DNA of 64,000 bases from Amoebidium appalachense (lineage: Eukaryota > Protista > Ichthyosporea), in the NCBI GenBank assembly GCA_963693365.1, contig CAVNZM010000015.1, positions 4,099,502 to 4,163,501 of the forward strand, given 5' to 3'. The notes under the pieces were generated by a model, which did not search any database, was not told the origin of the DNA, and saw only the letters and a list, made by a program, of their open reading frames with translations. Shown piece by piece: positions 1 to 28,010 of the stretch; the stretch's first letter is position 1; every line of letters begins with the position of its first letter. Position numbers and translations under genes: made by a program.

Positions 1-301
1 ATGGAGAGCCTGGCAGGAAAGCGGGCCAGCGTGCAGGGGGGGGGGGGGGGGGGAAGAATGCGTCACGGTGCGAAGTACACGTTCAAGACGAGTCCGGACA
101 ACACGGAGCTGAAGTTGCAGAGCACCGTAAGAGCATGCAACACAAGCAAAGGGCCTCCATGATCACTTATCAGGGGGGGGGGGGGGAGGAGGGTAAGGCG
201 GGGAAGGGGGGGGGCAAGTCAAAAGTAACGCAAGTCAAAACGGAGCGGCGGGGGGGGGGGGGGAAGGGGGGAGGGGTACAGGGCAGAAGGCATAGTATTA
301 C

Positions 302-3223
<2,922 letters not shown>

Positions 3224-3960
3224 TTTCAACAAGTCACACGGTCACACAGTTGCCAAAGTTTTGGGAGGGCGTGTAACTTTTGATTTTTGCTACTTTCTCG
3301 TTTTTCGTTTTTCCTGAAAGCGTGGCCCGTGACACTATTAGTTAGTTTAGTCACACAAGAACACAAAGGAAAGCCTTCACTCGAACCTCTGTCTCTCCCT
3401 TGGACACACACACAAATCTCTTTCCTCCCTCTCCCCCTCTCTCTCACGTCACACACACACAGCACCTTCGGAAGATCTGCTGTAGATCTGGTAGGCATTC
3501 TTTGTGGTTACGTCTAGACCAATCACACCCATCTATTTTATTAGGAATGTGGTGGTCACAAACACACACCGTGACGCGCACACACTGTTCGAACCCGAAG
3601 TTCCGAACCAACTCCCGAATTTTCGTGACACCAAAGTTTCTGTTGTTTGCTCCAAAAAGTGCATCATAAAATATATGGTGGGAGCTTCAATAGTTGCAGC
3701 CTTTAGCCTATGTTTCAAGCGCTGAAGTCACTTTTTCTTTCTTTACTTCGAATCTGTATCCCACTCTAAATACTTGTGTCCTCATCGCATGGCAACCGAT
3801 TAGTTTCAATTGAATTGTGCATGGGCATTGCGTGAACTGTGTCCTTCACCTCATATCTTTGCAGAGTTGCATTCCAGCTAGCTCGAGACTACAGTCGATT
3901 AAGTGCTGAGCCTGACCTGTTTTCAAGCACACAGTAGAGTTCTGTGTGCATGTTTTCGAG
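3224..3960. promoter_or_regulatory. Probable bidirectional promoter region between FKBP and the kinase
   Basis: 737 bp separate two divergent start codons (3223 minus, 3961 plus), and the interval is comparatively free of microsatellites. Confidence 0.55.
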
Positions 3961-14360
<10,400 letters not shown>

Positions 14361-14612
14361 GCGAAATTTATGGCAAAATGACAGACGATTTTTTCTGCAA
14401 TATGTGCAAGGGTGTATGAGCTATTTTTTTGGATATTGGTGTGTTTGGGTTGATGCGCAAGGTGGGGTGCCGTTTCTGACAAAATATTGCCGAGTATGAT
14501 GGCTTGCGGTTCCCTTTTTTGGTTCCTTTTTTCTTGTATGAAGGAGGAAATGCGATTTCTGCTTGTTTGTTTTTTGTTTGGTTTTTTCTGTTCTTTTTCT
14601 TTTCCTTTTTTT

Positions 14613-14656
<44 letters not shown>

Positions 14657-15034
14657 TGTACATGTGAAGATTGTAATGAGGTGCCGGTGAAAGGCAGATT
14701 TTACCTCCACCGTGAACAAAGAAGCGAGGCTAGATAACTTGGTACGAAACATTTTTTCTTCAGGGAGACGTGATTGTTTTCCCTTCCCAATGCAATTCTC
14801 GTGATTTACACTGCGGTGCAATGTATGAAAGCGAAAAACTTCAAATTGATGTCAACTTGTGGTACGTATGACTTGTTCCGTTGTATATTCTGTTTTTTTG
14901 TTTTTTTTGCCCCTGTACAAAGGCGGAAAATGAAATGACAAACCGCATACACAAAGCCGCGTTTGTTTTGCCGTCAAGTCGGGCCATTTATGAAAGGCTG
15001 CTTTGAAGCGACGGGACGTTTTTTTTTTTTTTTT

Positions 15035-15065
<31 letters not shown>

Positions 15066-15183
15066 GAGGGGGGGAGGGGGGGGGGAGGGGGGGCTAGATC
15101 TGTTAAAGACCGTTCCAATGTTGGTTTAAAGTTTTGCCAGCGACAGGGATAAGTGTTTTCCAAGGATTTCTTTCTTTCTTTTT

Positions 15184-15269
<86 letters not shown>

Positions 15270-15879
15270 CGCTTAAAGGCAATCACAATTTGTGCAGAAC
15301 TGTGTTCCATAATTCCTGTAGCATAGTTTTGTTTTTGTTTTTTTTTCCCCTGTTAATTTTTTTGTTTGTTTGTTTTGTATTCTGTTGAATATTTTCACTA
15401 CCTTTTCTGATTGATGCTTTCCCTTTGTCTTGTCTTTTCTCTCTCAGCCTCGACCCGAGATAACCAGATTCAATTACCGATTTCTCGAGGTCCGTATTTC
15501 CTCTAATCGGTTCGGTTTGAATCCTCGGATGTTTGGTTTTGCTCTACTATACTCAGTAATAAAAGACTGTGTACTGAACCGCAGTAAGCACAAAAACATA
15601 TCATTTTACGGTATTTTTGAACTCAAAGCCACTTGTGTTTTCCCTCACAGAGGTTCGCTTACGAATATTGGCGCACCGAAGTCACTCTGATTATTATTAT
15701 TTTTTTTATTTTTTTTGGTCTCTTTACCGCACGGCAAGAATATCTGCGTGTTGCAGGGATACGCTCGGAACCAAGCGAGCAAACGAGCAGCCAATACAGC
15801 CAAGGGTGGTCAGTTAGGGTACTGTCAAAGTCATGGTGGATCCCTTTCCCCCCCCCCCCCCCCCCCCTTCCCCCCCAAT

Positions 15880-15966
<87 letters not shown>

Positions 15967-16151
15967 GCCACCACCACCACCACCACTTCCACCACCACCC
16001 ACCTACCCAAGAACGCCCAACATTCGCCCAATAGGCCTCCCTCCTGTCCTCCAATGCTCCTTCTCCTTCCCCACTTCAACCTTCCCCCCCATCCCCCCCC
16101 TCCTCCCCCCTTTCCCCTCCCCCCCCCCCCCCCCCCCCCCCTCCCCCCCCC

Positions 16152-16187
<36 letters not shown>

Positions 16188-16459
16188 CCAACCGTTACCA
16201 CCACTACTTCCCTCCCCCCAGCTGCAGTTCTCTTCATCTATCGTAGTAACCAACTCAATCCCTTTTGCGCTTGCCGCCTTGCACGTTGTGCGTAGTATAG
16301 TATCGAATGACAAGACCCATTGTTTTCTCATCAAGCACCTAACAGCCTGCTTCTAAAATGCAAGTTCGTGAGCTCACGTCAGCACATCAAAAAGGCTCTC
16401 TCTGGTCGAAATCTTTTCTTTTGACTTCGGAATCTGTTGTGTGTACAGTAACACCACTC

Positions 16460-18442
16460 CCGCTAGACTAGGTGAGCCCCTGTCTCAAAAGGAAAGCTTG
16501 CGCCGGCTTGCTAGTATGAATCGATTTGGCCGGTGATACCACTGGAGACCCCCTCATAGACTCTGATAAGTATTTCTCGGAACTGTACTTTAAGATAGGA
16601 CCCCCGCTCAGAAACCTATTGTGTGGCCTGTAGACCCATCTATCCCCATAGAATCGATCCTCCCCTTTTTCAGTCCCGATACCATATGGTCTGTGATATC
16701 TAGTTATAGCTCTAGTAAGTCTTGTGGACCTGATGGACTTCCTGCCGGGTTTCGTAAAATCCTTGTTCCCTCCTACCCACAAAAGGAAAGTGATTGTGCT
16801 ATTAAACCTGATCTTACTATTATGTCAAGCTCTCTCTTTTCTTGGTGTGTTAAATGTGGACATGTCCCGTCATGTTGGTTAGATACCTTAGTGATCCCCA
16901 TAGTTAAGAAGGACTCTGAGGGCCCCATATCATCTTTTCGCCCATCTTTTCGCCCCATCACACTAACCCCGGGTTGTTCGTAGATTCTTTGAAGCTTGCT
17001 TAGTAATACTCAGGTTATTTGCACATCACCCTAGGTTTCAATCTATTCTTCACATACACCCATGCCAATCCGCTTTTCGTAAAAACAATTCATGTTATGT
17101 TCAAATAATGGCACTGCACGATTCTATGCTAGTTGGTGCACGATAATTTGGTTTTATTGATTGGAAAACTGCTTACGATTCTGTCTCCCCTGGTCTCCTA
17201 TGGGAAAAGCTTGCTGCACGGGGTGTACCACACTGCATTGGTGTTTTGTTAGAAGCACTCTTGTCTCAAACCTATGGTAGAGCTGTGGTTAATGGGCACC
17301 TTTCATATGGTTTTGCTCACACTAGAGGTCTCTTGCAGGGTTCATTGCTTAGCCCCTTTTTGTTTAACCTATTTATAGATGATTTGGCTGTCAAGATTTA
17401 TGCCGAAAATGATGACCCTATTAATAACTTTCCGCTCGGCTAAAATTTTTAAAGACACACCCCTCCATCCTTCTATTAGACTTACATTTGTTTGGACTTT
17501 TGTCTTCCTGGCATGTGAATATGGTTTACCCCTTCTCGCCACTTGGATCAAGAAAGGGAGAACTGAAGCGCTGAAACCCTTGGCAAATTTCGTTGAAGCA
17601 GAAGTTGCCTCCTTTCTATCTAACAACTGTTGTAAACCTGGGCCTGTAACGCTCTCGATATATGGTCTGGTCCCAATAGCTGCTAGAGTATCCCATCTCG
17701 CGCTGAAATTCAATAAGCACATAAGCCGCTTAAAGAAGTATTTGCCCTCCCACCCTCTCTTCTCTATCCGACCTGTCCCCTCCTCACCTCTCTCCTCTTT
17801 CCTTCCCTCTCTCTCTCCTTTTCCCCCGGGCACAAATACAAATAAACCCCGCAAAAGTGTGCGTGTTGACTCTGGACAGCCACTTACTTATTAGACATGT
17901 ACACAATCACAAGAGAATTACGCAATATAACAAATGGAAAAAGATACCACATGACACCAGACCCGATGAAAGCATACACCTTGAAAAACTAAGCCTTATG
18001 TCTCGTCTTATATATAATGACCGCCTTAATCATATTGCCAAATATGGCACTCGCAAATGTGTAACACCTAAATACATATTACCTTCCTGTAGAATTGGTC
18101 TTTCTCTAGCTGATGGTATTATTGGTCACATACCACGCTTTTACTGTACACGTGCTATACAGTGGAGATCTAATAAGTATAAGGTGGCATCGTTTGCATG
18201 CCCAAACAACACACACATACACCAGTTTAAACCGTGACGGTCACGCGAGGTGTATCTTGAAATGTAGTTTGATAGACCACATAATACCGCAACACACACA
18301 CGTCACAGTAACAACAGATACCCAGAAAGATAGCCTACCTGAAAATTACAACATCCTTGATTTTATACTAAACACGCGAAACTACGACCTGTTTATTAGA
18401 TGTATTGATTGGCTTGAGAAACACATCATTACAAAATTCTAG

Positions 18443-18504
<62 letters not shown>

Positions 18505-18774
18505 GTCACACACACACACACAACCAGCTGATACCGAGTGTCCCAAGGGAGCCCAAAAAAAAAAAAAAAAAAAAAAAAAAAAACGGGGAACCCCAATTAA
18601 TTGATTGCTCTTAGTCTTTATGGTGTCTCGTAGAGAAAGTAAACCCTGATATATAATCATCACCCGACAGCTATGTACGTGATCATGATATACCGCTGAG
18701 GGGATATTCCGAGCAAAAACACCCCATACCTGAGACTGGTCTCTCTTTGCCTCGAGTAAACAGCGTAAACCCCC
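16460..18774 (+). mobile_element. Non-LTR retrotransposon (LINE-type RT), 5'-truncated and decayed copy
   Basis: RT fragments KSCGPDG, LVIPIVKK..FRPITL, GFIDWKTAYDSV and RGLLQGSLLSPFLFNLFIDDL are broken by stops and frameshifts. A 302-bp deletion at ~17434 removes YADD relative to the copy at 62002-64000. The 3' tail matches the other copies. The 5' boundary is approximate. Confidence 0.9.
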
Positions 18775-19545
18775 ATGTATATCTCCTACATGCAGGATCA
18801 AAAATGGTTCCGAACGGTCGGTCCTTTTTTATTATAAGCGACACAGCAGATAGAGACGTGTTTTTTTGATGCAGATTTACGAGAAACAAGCAGCAACACG
18901 ACGTAACGGTTGGTACTACTTTTTTTTTTTTTTTTTTTTTTTTGTACAAATATGGCTATCCCGTGCACGGATCGAAACCTCCGGGAACGAGTGTATGTAA
19001 ACCTTTTCCACTAAATAGTACAGACATTCTCTTAAATAGGCTTGAAATACTACGACTGCTTTTAGGGGCAGGAAAAGGGTGAAAACCGATAGAAACGAAA
19101 AGGAAGTTTATTTTCATGTAGTATGGCTGCATATCATTCAAGTTTCATTGCTTGATTTAGATAGTCAAGTATGTGTGTCTCTGAATATTAAATCGAGAAG
19201 TCCGTGAAGATCTATCAAAGGCTGCCAAAATATTTTAATGTCCAATAAAGTTTCAAAGATATCTAAAAATATCCCAAAGAAAAAGAAAAAGAAAAGAAAA
19301 GAAAAAAAAGAAAGCTCTCCATATATTTATATGCATTTACAAGCAAGTCTCCGTGAATGTGGGCCAAACATAACCTTCATATTTTAGTCAACTTCCACAC
19401 AACTCTGCATGGCATACATTATTGGCCAAATGATCCGAACTGTGTCGTCTTGTATTTGAACAACCTTAACTCTCCATAGATATCCATATGATAATCCAAA
19501 CACTTCTTAACCATCGGATTTGTTTTTAAAATTAAGATCATCCAA

Positions 19546-22500
19546 TCAAGTTTCCTCCTCCATAATATTCTGCTGTTCACCCTGCTCCCGCTCTGACCCC
19601 CCCGAGTGCCTTTTCTGCTTTGGCCACAACAGAACACTGTATAGTGCGGCGTCAAAAATCCCCCCCAAATTCACCGTAATCGCCTGCAAAAACGCAAGCG
19701 GCACATTCGTACATCCCAAAACCACCGAATGAAGGACATAAACGGAATAAGGAATCCACTGAACGAAAAAAACGAATCCAAAAAACAGGAAAAATACGGC
19801 CAGTCTCTGCATCGCCTCTTCCTTCTCCGGATCGGGATCAGCAACGTGGGAGGCAGGTAGTTGCTCGCTCTCTCTTCCTCTTTCCCTGCCGGAAAATGGA
19901 ACCGCAAGAATAGACTCCCCCCACCACTTGAGAACCTGTAACACCACAAACTCAGCATCTTATCGGCCGACTTGGCATCCCTCACGCACGCACTGTGACA
20001 CCAACCCCCCCCCCCCCCCCCCCCCCCCTCCCCCCCCCTCCCCCCCCCCTCCCCCTCCCCCCCTTCCCTCCCGCTGCCCCCCTGAAAGAAAGAAAAGCAG
20101 GTGACAAACAAAAGGAATGAACCTTTCGCCTCCCCTCCCCCCTCCCCCCCCCCTCCCCCCCCCCCTCCCCCCCCCCCCCCCCCCCCCTCCGTCCCCCCAA
20201 AAAATAAATAAATAAAATAAAAAGAAAAAAAAAAGGAAAAAAAAAGGAAACATAAAAACAAGATACCCCCCCCCCCCCCCCCCACACACACACACAAGCG
20301 CGCGCGCACACACACACACACACACTCTCTCTCTCTCTCTCTCTCTCTCTCACGCACTCATACACTCATTGGGTCCTATGCTCTCACACCCTTGGGGGAA
20401 AAAAAAAGGAAAGGAAAGAAAAAAAAAGAAAAGAAAAGAAAGAAAACTCAAAAGGATGATCCGGAAAGGAAGAACGACAACAAGGAGAGAAAGAGAGAAA
20501 TAGGCTCTGGGCCGTAAAGGATATAATACTACTGCGGAGAATCTGTCGTTGAAAAGCGGGAAGATCAGAACTCATACCTTCTGTCCCTGATTCAATACTG
20601 GGGTACCGCTTCCACCACCGCTCGGAAAAGGCTGGGGATTTGGACTACCCTCGACTTGCACCGACAAATCATTTTGCACATTTGCAGAATTTCCTTCCTC
20701 GATAGAACCCCCCTGTGCCCTATTTTCACGATTAGCCGTCGTCGGAACCGGGCGCCTTACAAACGATTGCGATCCCAAATTTCGATGTGTTGATGCACCC
20801 CCCCTTAAAACGTGGCTCGATTGCACGTGGTGAGTTCCCCCGGCTAAACTCATTAACGTGCTCCGGTTGGTTTGTGCTTGTTGGGATTTGTTTAAGGTTC
20901 GCATTCCCAATGATTTTACAATAAGCACCATTGCCCAAATATGGCAAAATGCGCCGAAAAGGAGCGTCCCCAAGGGAAGAACGACGCTGAGGAGAAGAAG
21001 GAGAAATTTGCTGTGTTGCAGGCCACACCTATCCCGTTTTATTCCAAACATTCCGAGCAAATGCATCGGGAGGGTGAAAGCAAACGGAATTGGCCCCATC
21101 CATAAAAGGAAACCAAACATATATAGGCGATTGGTTGGCTTGTCTCCTTTAAGCGTACGAAGAAGAACAAAAGCGACCCAAGCCGTAGAAACGTGCTACA
21201 CAGAACGAACGTCTTGTTGGAAGTAGAGTCCGCTGTGACTAGGGTCGTCGTGGCGCGCTTGGGCGCTGACCCGTTTTTTTACTGCTTTCAGTGTGTTAAC
21301 TCCATGACTGAACTCCATGACTGAACTCCATGACTGAACTCCATGACTGAACTCCATGTCTGAACTCCATGACTTAACTCCATGTCTGCACCTGGCAGAG
21401 CCGTGGCTTATATACCCGTGGGGCAGCAGTCTGGAATGTAATCCGGATGCCAGGCGCTAATCGGATTGGTTACTTTCATTTAGAGATCTCTGGGACCAGT
21501 GAACCAATCGTTTGCAGTCAAAACACAATTGGCAACATTCCTCAACTATGCAGATGTGCATGTGGTGATCGAGTGTCAGCGTGTGTCTGTGTACACGGAA
21601 CCAATTGTAAAGCTAACATACACATATAGTGGAGTGAGCGTAAGTCTGCACTCCAACACCCCTACCCAATTGGAGAAGTGTACACACCACTAGAGAAGAG
21701 AGAGTGAGTGTGGCTACTTGCAGGGTAGACCGGGGTGTGCATTCCACTGTGGTGCTTGCCCCGCCAATGAAGTGGAATACTTGACGTTGATGTCGCAGGC
21801 TGCTGCGGATGGAGTTTGTGGAAGCGAAAGTCTCTACTTCACGGAAATACGCTCGCGGGTGTAGGGTACAGCCTAGAAGTCGGGTTCTGGCTCCTCCGTT
21901 CAAGGCGTCGTAGGGGACGTGAAGTTAGAGGCCGCGGTGTCGTGTCTGGGCCCATAACCCTGTTGGAAGTAGAGTCCGCTGTGACTAGGGTCGTCGTGGC
22001 GCGCTTGGGCGCTGACCCGTTTTTTACTGCTTTCAGTGTGTTAACTCCATGACTGAACTCCATGACTGAACTCCATGACTGAACTCCATGACTGAACTCC
22101 ATGACTGAACTCCATGACTGAACTCCATGACTGCACCTGGCAGAGACGTGGCTTATATACCCGTGGGGCAGCAGTCTGGAATGTAATCCGGATGCCAGGT
22201 GCTAATCGGATTGGTTACTTTCATTTAGAGATCTCTGGGACCAGTGAACCAATCGTTTGCAGTCAAAACACAATTGGCAACATTCCTCAACTATGCAGAT
22301 GTGCATGTGGTGATCGAGTGTCAGCGTGTGTCTGTGTACACGGAACCAATTGTAAAGCTAACATACACATATTGTGGAGTGAGCGTAAGTCTGCACTCCA
22401 ACACCCCTACCCAATTGGAGAAGTGTACACACCACTAGAGAAGAGAGAGTGAGTGTGGCTGCTTGCAGGGTAGACCGGGGTGTGCATTCCACTGTGGTGC

Positions 22501-23325
22501 GTGCCCCGCCAATGAAGTGGAATACTTGACGTTGATGTCGCAGGCTGCTGCGGATGGAGTTTGTGGAAGCGAAAGTCTCTAATGAAGTTAGAGGCCGCGG
22601 TGTCGTGTCTGGGCCCATAACCCTGTTGGAAGTAGAGTCCGCTGTGACTAGGGTCGTCGTGGCGCGCTTGGGCGCTGACCCGTTTTTTTACTGCTTTCAG
22701 TGTGTTAACTCCATGACTGAACTCCATGACTGAACTCCATGACTGAACTCCATGACTGAACTCCATGTCTGAACTCCATGACTTAACTCCATGTCTGCAC
22801 CTGGCAGAGCCGTGGCTTATATACCCGTGGGGCAGCAGTCTGGAATGTAATCCGGATGCCAGGCGCTAATCGGATTGGTTACTTTCATTTAGAGATCTCT
22901 GGGACCAGTGAACCAATCGTTTGCAGTCAAAACACAATTGGCAACATTCCTCAACTATGCAGATGTGCATGTGGTGATCGAGTGTCAGCGTGTGTCTGTG
23001 TACACGGAACCAATTGTAAAGCTAACATACACATATAGTGGAGTGAGCGTAAGTCTGCACTCCAACACGTCTGCCATAAGAAGCCAACACCATTGCACTT
23101 GTTCTTTAATATCGCCGCGGGATGGTGATTGCTTAAAGGAAGGCTGGATACTAATGTTGCAATCGCGGTGAAAATATCGGATGCACATATGTATGCGGGG
23201 AAGTATTGAACAACGGACATAGAGCCGGGGAGCATGTAATGACGGACGGCGGTAGCGAAAAGGATGGCAAGACAGGAGGTGAGACTGGCTGTCGCTGTTG
23301 TGTACACCGCTATCTGCATGGGCAT
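19546..23325 (-). pseudogene. 7TM receptor of cAR/Git3-like type (GPCR-A), interrupted by a TRIM insertion
   Basis: Exon 1 (23325-20578) is split at GFLWQT|FVLC by the element 21215-23067. A further 1-nt frameshift lies in a short homopolymer at 21189-21191. Exon 2 (19935-19546) encodes TM6-7 (RLAVFFLFFGFVFFVQWIP..NLGGIFDAALY). Seven hydrophobic segments and a long third loop; paralogous to GPCR-B (shared QYFPAxIxxxD). Confidence 0.8.
21215..23067 (-). mobile_element. Tandem-array TRIM (non-autonomous copia-type LTR element with three LTRs)
   Basis: LTRs 21215-21658, 21961-22403 and 22624-23067 (443-444 bp), each TGTTGGA...TCCAACA. 5-bp TSD CGTCT at 21210-21214 and 23068-23072. Internal regions of 302 and 220 bp are non-coding. 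On the minus strand: PBS GGTTATGGGCCCAG (21946-21959, 22609-22622) and PPT GGGTAGGGG next to the LTR. Each LTR holds 7 copies of the 13-bp repeat AACTCCATGACTG. Confidence 0.95.
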
Positions 23326-23889
23326 ATAGTAAATTAATTAGTGACTTTTATAAAAATTAATCAAATTTAATCGTGTATGTTGCATAACATAAAAAAAGAG
23401 TGTGCATGTGTGTGTTTTTCCTCTTCATTCCTTTTTCGTTTTGTTTTTTTGTCCATGGTTGCAGCATGCATATGGGGCCTGTGGTTCGGTTTGTGTGTGT
23501 TTGTGGGTGGGTGAGGAGGGGGGGTGGAGAAAGGGACTCGGGGAGAGGCGGGAGGCGGGAGGGAGTGAGGGAGTGAAGGTAGGAGTCATAGGGGGGGGAG
23601 AGAGATCTGGATTGGCAAGTACCGGAGGAGAAGGGGGAGAGTGGAGGGGGGTAATGCACCCGGGGTGGGGGTGGGCGTGGATCACAAGTCTGTCTGAGAA
23701 GACAAAACTTTGGTATATGGCCAAATCGAAGAACAGTTGACAATGTACGCAAGACAAAACTTTTAAGTGCTCTTTAGTCACAGGTTGCCCAAAAAAAAAG
23801 AAAGAAAAAATGCCAACACCGAGCAGTGACTCGACTGTACATGCATCTCTAACACATCCCGTCATCAAATTTGCGCAAGTCCAATGAAA

Positions 23890-23914
23890 CACGTGTCACG
23901 TGGTGTCACACGTG
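23890..23914. promoter_or_regulatory. Cluster of three CACGTG E-boxes upstream of GPCR-A
   Basis: CACGTG at 23890, 23897 and 23909, about 570 bp 5' of the ATG. Further upstream: E-box (24383), CRE TGACGTCA (24392) and AP-1 TGAGTCA (24437). Confidence 0.4.
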
Positions 23915-24443
23915 ACATGCCAGTGCCTATCATATTGAATTATAGTGTCAACCCCCTCCCCCCCCCCCCCCAAAAAAAAAAAAAATAAAAAAAATAAAAA
24001 TAAAAATTAACTTATGATAAATAAATAAACAAACAAATTAAAAAACAAACAGATAAATAAACGAGTAAATAATTTTTGAAATGAATAAATAGAAAAATAA
24101 AACCATATCCCTACCTTTTTTTTTTAGTTTTATATAGAACCATTTCAGTTTTTTGTTCTGGAGAGTTGAGTCCCAAATTTATTGAGTGCTTTATTCGTTT
24201 TTATTGTCATTCATGATATGATATTTTCAAAACTAAAGCTGGTTACATATGGCACTTTCTTCAACTTGGTTTGTTTTTTGCCATTGCATGTACATGAACA
24301 TGAACATAAAGAGTGTCTTAACTAACTCTCAGAACAGGGGAAAAAAAATCGGGAACCTCCCGTACGTAATCACACATTTTTACACGTGCGGTGACGTCAG
24401 CATTTTCGGTCCTGTCAAGGACCCAACCACATCGGCTGAGTCA

Positions 24444-24737
24444 ACTTGCTCCGAGCAGAATTATTCTGCAAAATGCAGAATTATTCCGTAAAAGCAGAAT
24501 TAATCAGCAAAAGCAGAATTTTTCTGCAAAGAGAATCAATCTGCTAAAAGCAGAATAATTCTGCAAATATTCTGCAAAAGCAGAATTATTCCGCTACTTC
24601 TGCTTTTTGCGGATTGGCAGAGTGATTCTGCTAAAAGCGGAGTGATTCTGCTTTTGCGGAATAATTCTGCTATGAGCAGAATTCCGCCTTTTGCAGGATA
24701 ATTCCGCTTTTGCAGAATAACTCTGCATTATGCAAGT
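24444..24737. mobile_element. Foldback/MITE-like element built from GCAGAATTATTCTGC units
   Basis: Ends ACTTGC...GCAAGT. The left half has units linked by AAAA and the right half has the inverted form linked by TTTT. No TSD recognised. Confidence 0.5.
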
Positions 24738-24747
24738 CGGGGGGGGG

Positions 24748-25717
<970 letters not shown>

Positions 25718-26874
25718 GAGAGCCTGGGGGGGGGGGGGGGGGGGGGGGGAGGGGAGGGGGGACTTACATGGTTTGATAGCACGTTGGTGTCCATCGTAGT
25801 TTGAGGCTTGTTGTGGTTCTAGTAGTCAATGATACGGTCGCTGCGGTGCAGCTCTCTATGTGTGTGCGTGTATCTGTGTGTGTGTGCGGGTGGGTGTTGG
25901 TGTGCACGCCTGTGTCTCTTCTTTTGGTAGTGGTGTGTACGTGTGTGTGCATGCTGGGGGAGAAGGAGGGGGGGGGAGGGGGGCTAGGCTATGAGCAATA
26001 AGATATCGATTATCCCGCGATTATCATTGATGGGGTGTCAATATTTGTACTTACGGCACATTGAATATTAGATCGATATGATCGGGCTAGATTGGTGTCG
26101 GACGCAATATTGCTGGCAGGCGATCTTCCCCAGTGGAAAATTTTTGATAAAAACCGTCACGGGAATTTATTACAAGTTGTGGCGGTCTCTTAATAATCGG
26201 TATTATAACAGTTGCTTTTGATATCAACTAATAAACACAAGAAGTTTTCCTAGGTTCAAGCTAGGAGTTAAGGCTGCATATTAATGTGTATAGCATCGAG
26301 TTTCTTTCTTCCCCGAGATGCACATAAGATTAGATAAGCAGCAACACCCATGCCGTGCCATTTAATGCCATGTCGCGTCTGAAATGATATACACATGCAC
26401 CTACACAGCAATACCGCTGAACAATCGGTGAGCAGACGATATTCCTTGATTTTTCCCACTGTACAACACCCCTAATAATGTTAACGATAATATTTGCATA
26501 GTCAGAATTAGTACAACCTGTTTTGCCTTTTGATAACGACAAGCATATTACTCAGCGTAGAAATGTTATTATGCTATATTCCTACTTTTTTGTTGTTTTA
26601 TAAAACTTTTTTTTTGGCGCGCAAAACCTTCCCGCCCAAATTTCCATATTTGGCTAATCGTGCGATCGATCGCGCAAAAATCATTGGTCCATACGTAATT
26701 TTTCGATTTGCGATATTCCTACTTTTTTTGTTGTTTTATAAAAACTTTCATGATTAAGACATGCATACATTGGCATATCGGTAGTTAAGCAAAATCAAAT
26801 CATCTCAACCACCAAAGCTTATTACGATACTCCATAAACCCTAAAATTTCATAATTACATTACTTTATCACATG

Positions 26875-27971
26875 CTATTCACCCCCACGTACCCTCGCAA
26901 GAAAAACATTATACAACACCGCATTGAACACCCCCGACAAATTTGCAAGGAGCACCGTGCATAGTGTTAGAGCCAGGGGAGACTGGGCCCCATATGACGT
27001 CACAATGGTGTGTGCAGCCCAAGGGGTCCACTCCAACACGAAAATTAGTACAAATCCGTTCATAAATGTCGCCAGCCGACGAATTCTACTGATGCTCGAA
27101 TCTCTGGATTCCGCAAAAACACCGCAATCGCGATCGGATACTTGAACTGTGATCCGTATCCGAATGGCTTCTGGTTGGTTGATCTCTCCGATCTCCGCTG
27201 GATCGGTGGCGGTTTTTGGGTTAGACGATGCGAGGGTTAATTCTGGTTTTGAAGTGGGCCCCAGTTGTCGTTTTGATGTGTCGGAAGTAGAAGCAGTAAC
27301 GTCACGGTTGAGTGTTTCGGCGGATCTGGGCTGCATTGTGTGGAATGCGGAAATGAGCAAATGGAGGTCAGTGATTGGCTTGTCTTGGGGCCAGTGGTAT
27401 TTTACAGTTGGCTGAATTGCCATATCATGCTTTCCGTATGTGTTCATTGACGAACCACTCACAGTCACCGGTTCTGTGGCATTGTGTGTGTGTGCGTGCG
27501 TGCGCGTGCGCGTGTGCGTGCCTGCGTGCATGTGTGTGTGCGCACGCGAGCACTCGCGCGATATCCGTATTCCGTGGCTGTTTGTATGCGCCTTTCTCCG
27601 AAGTCCCCCCCCCCCCCCCCCCCCCCCCTACCCCCGGCTGCTCGTTGTGTCTTTATTGATTACTTCCATGCTTCCATTCTTGCACGGCCATCCAAATGCC
27701 GTGTGCCATCTAGACCATGACTTTCATCCTTGGTGTCTTTTTTTTTTTTTTTCCCTCTTCCCTTTTTTTTTAATTTTTGTGTCTCGTTTTGCAGTGTCAG
27801 GGACGTTGTGGTGTGTGCCACGGTGTGTGCACGCGCACGGGCGCGCCTGTGGGCCAAAGGGGTGTGTGTGTTGTCTGTGTTTGTGTCGGTGTGGGTATGT
27901 GCGTATGTGTGTATGTGTGTACAGGTATGCGCACGTGCGTGTGTACATGTGTGTGTGTGTGTGTGTGTGTG

Positions 27972-28010
<39 letters not shown>

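Noticed and set aside
1-12. ATGGAGAGCCTG identical to the kinase start at 3961
   Set aside because: A 12-bp match with no further similarity; treated as coincidence.
63-165. Hydrophobic minus-strand frame DHGGPLLVLHALTVLCNFSSVLSGLVLNVYFAP resembling a TM helix
   Set aside because: It lies in the FKBP intron, its phase does not fit the preceding exon, and it does not match the expected FKBP continuation.
14658-14737. TCEDCNEVPVKGRFY, similar to the start of a ZZ zinc finger
   Set aside because: No acceptor upstream (poly-G), the remaining Cys ligands are missing, and a stop follows; probably chance.
18696-18720. Hammerhead-like CTGAGG motifs in the LINE tail and in the small intronic element
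   Set aside because: The required GAAA after stem II and the three-way junction are absent.
21447-23038. Repeated short ORFs (MPGANRIGY..., MNQSFAVK...)
   Set aside because: They recur only because they lie in the three LTRs, and show no gag or pol similarity.
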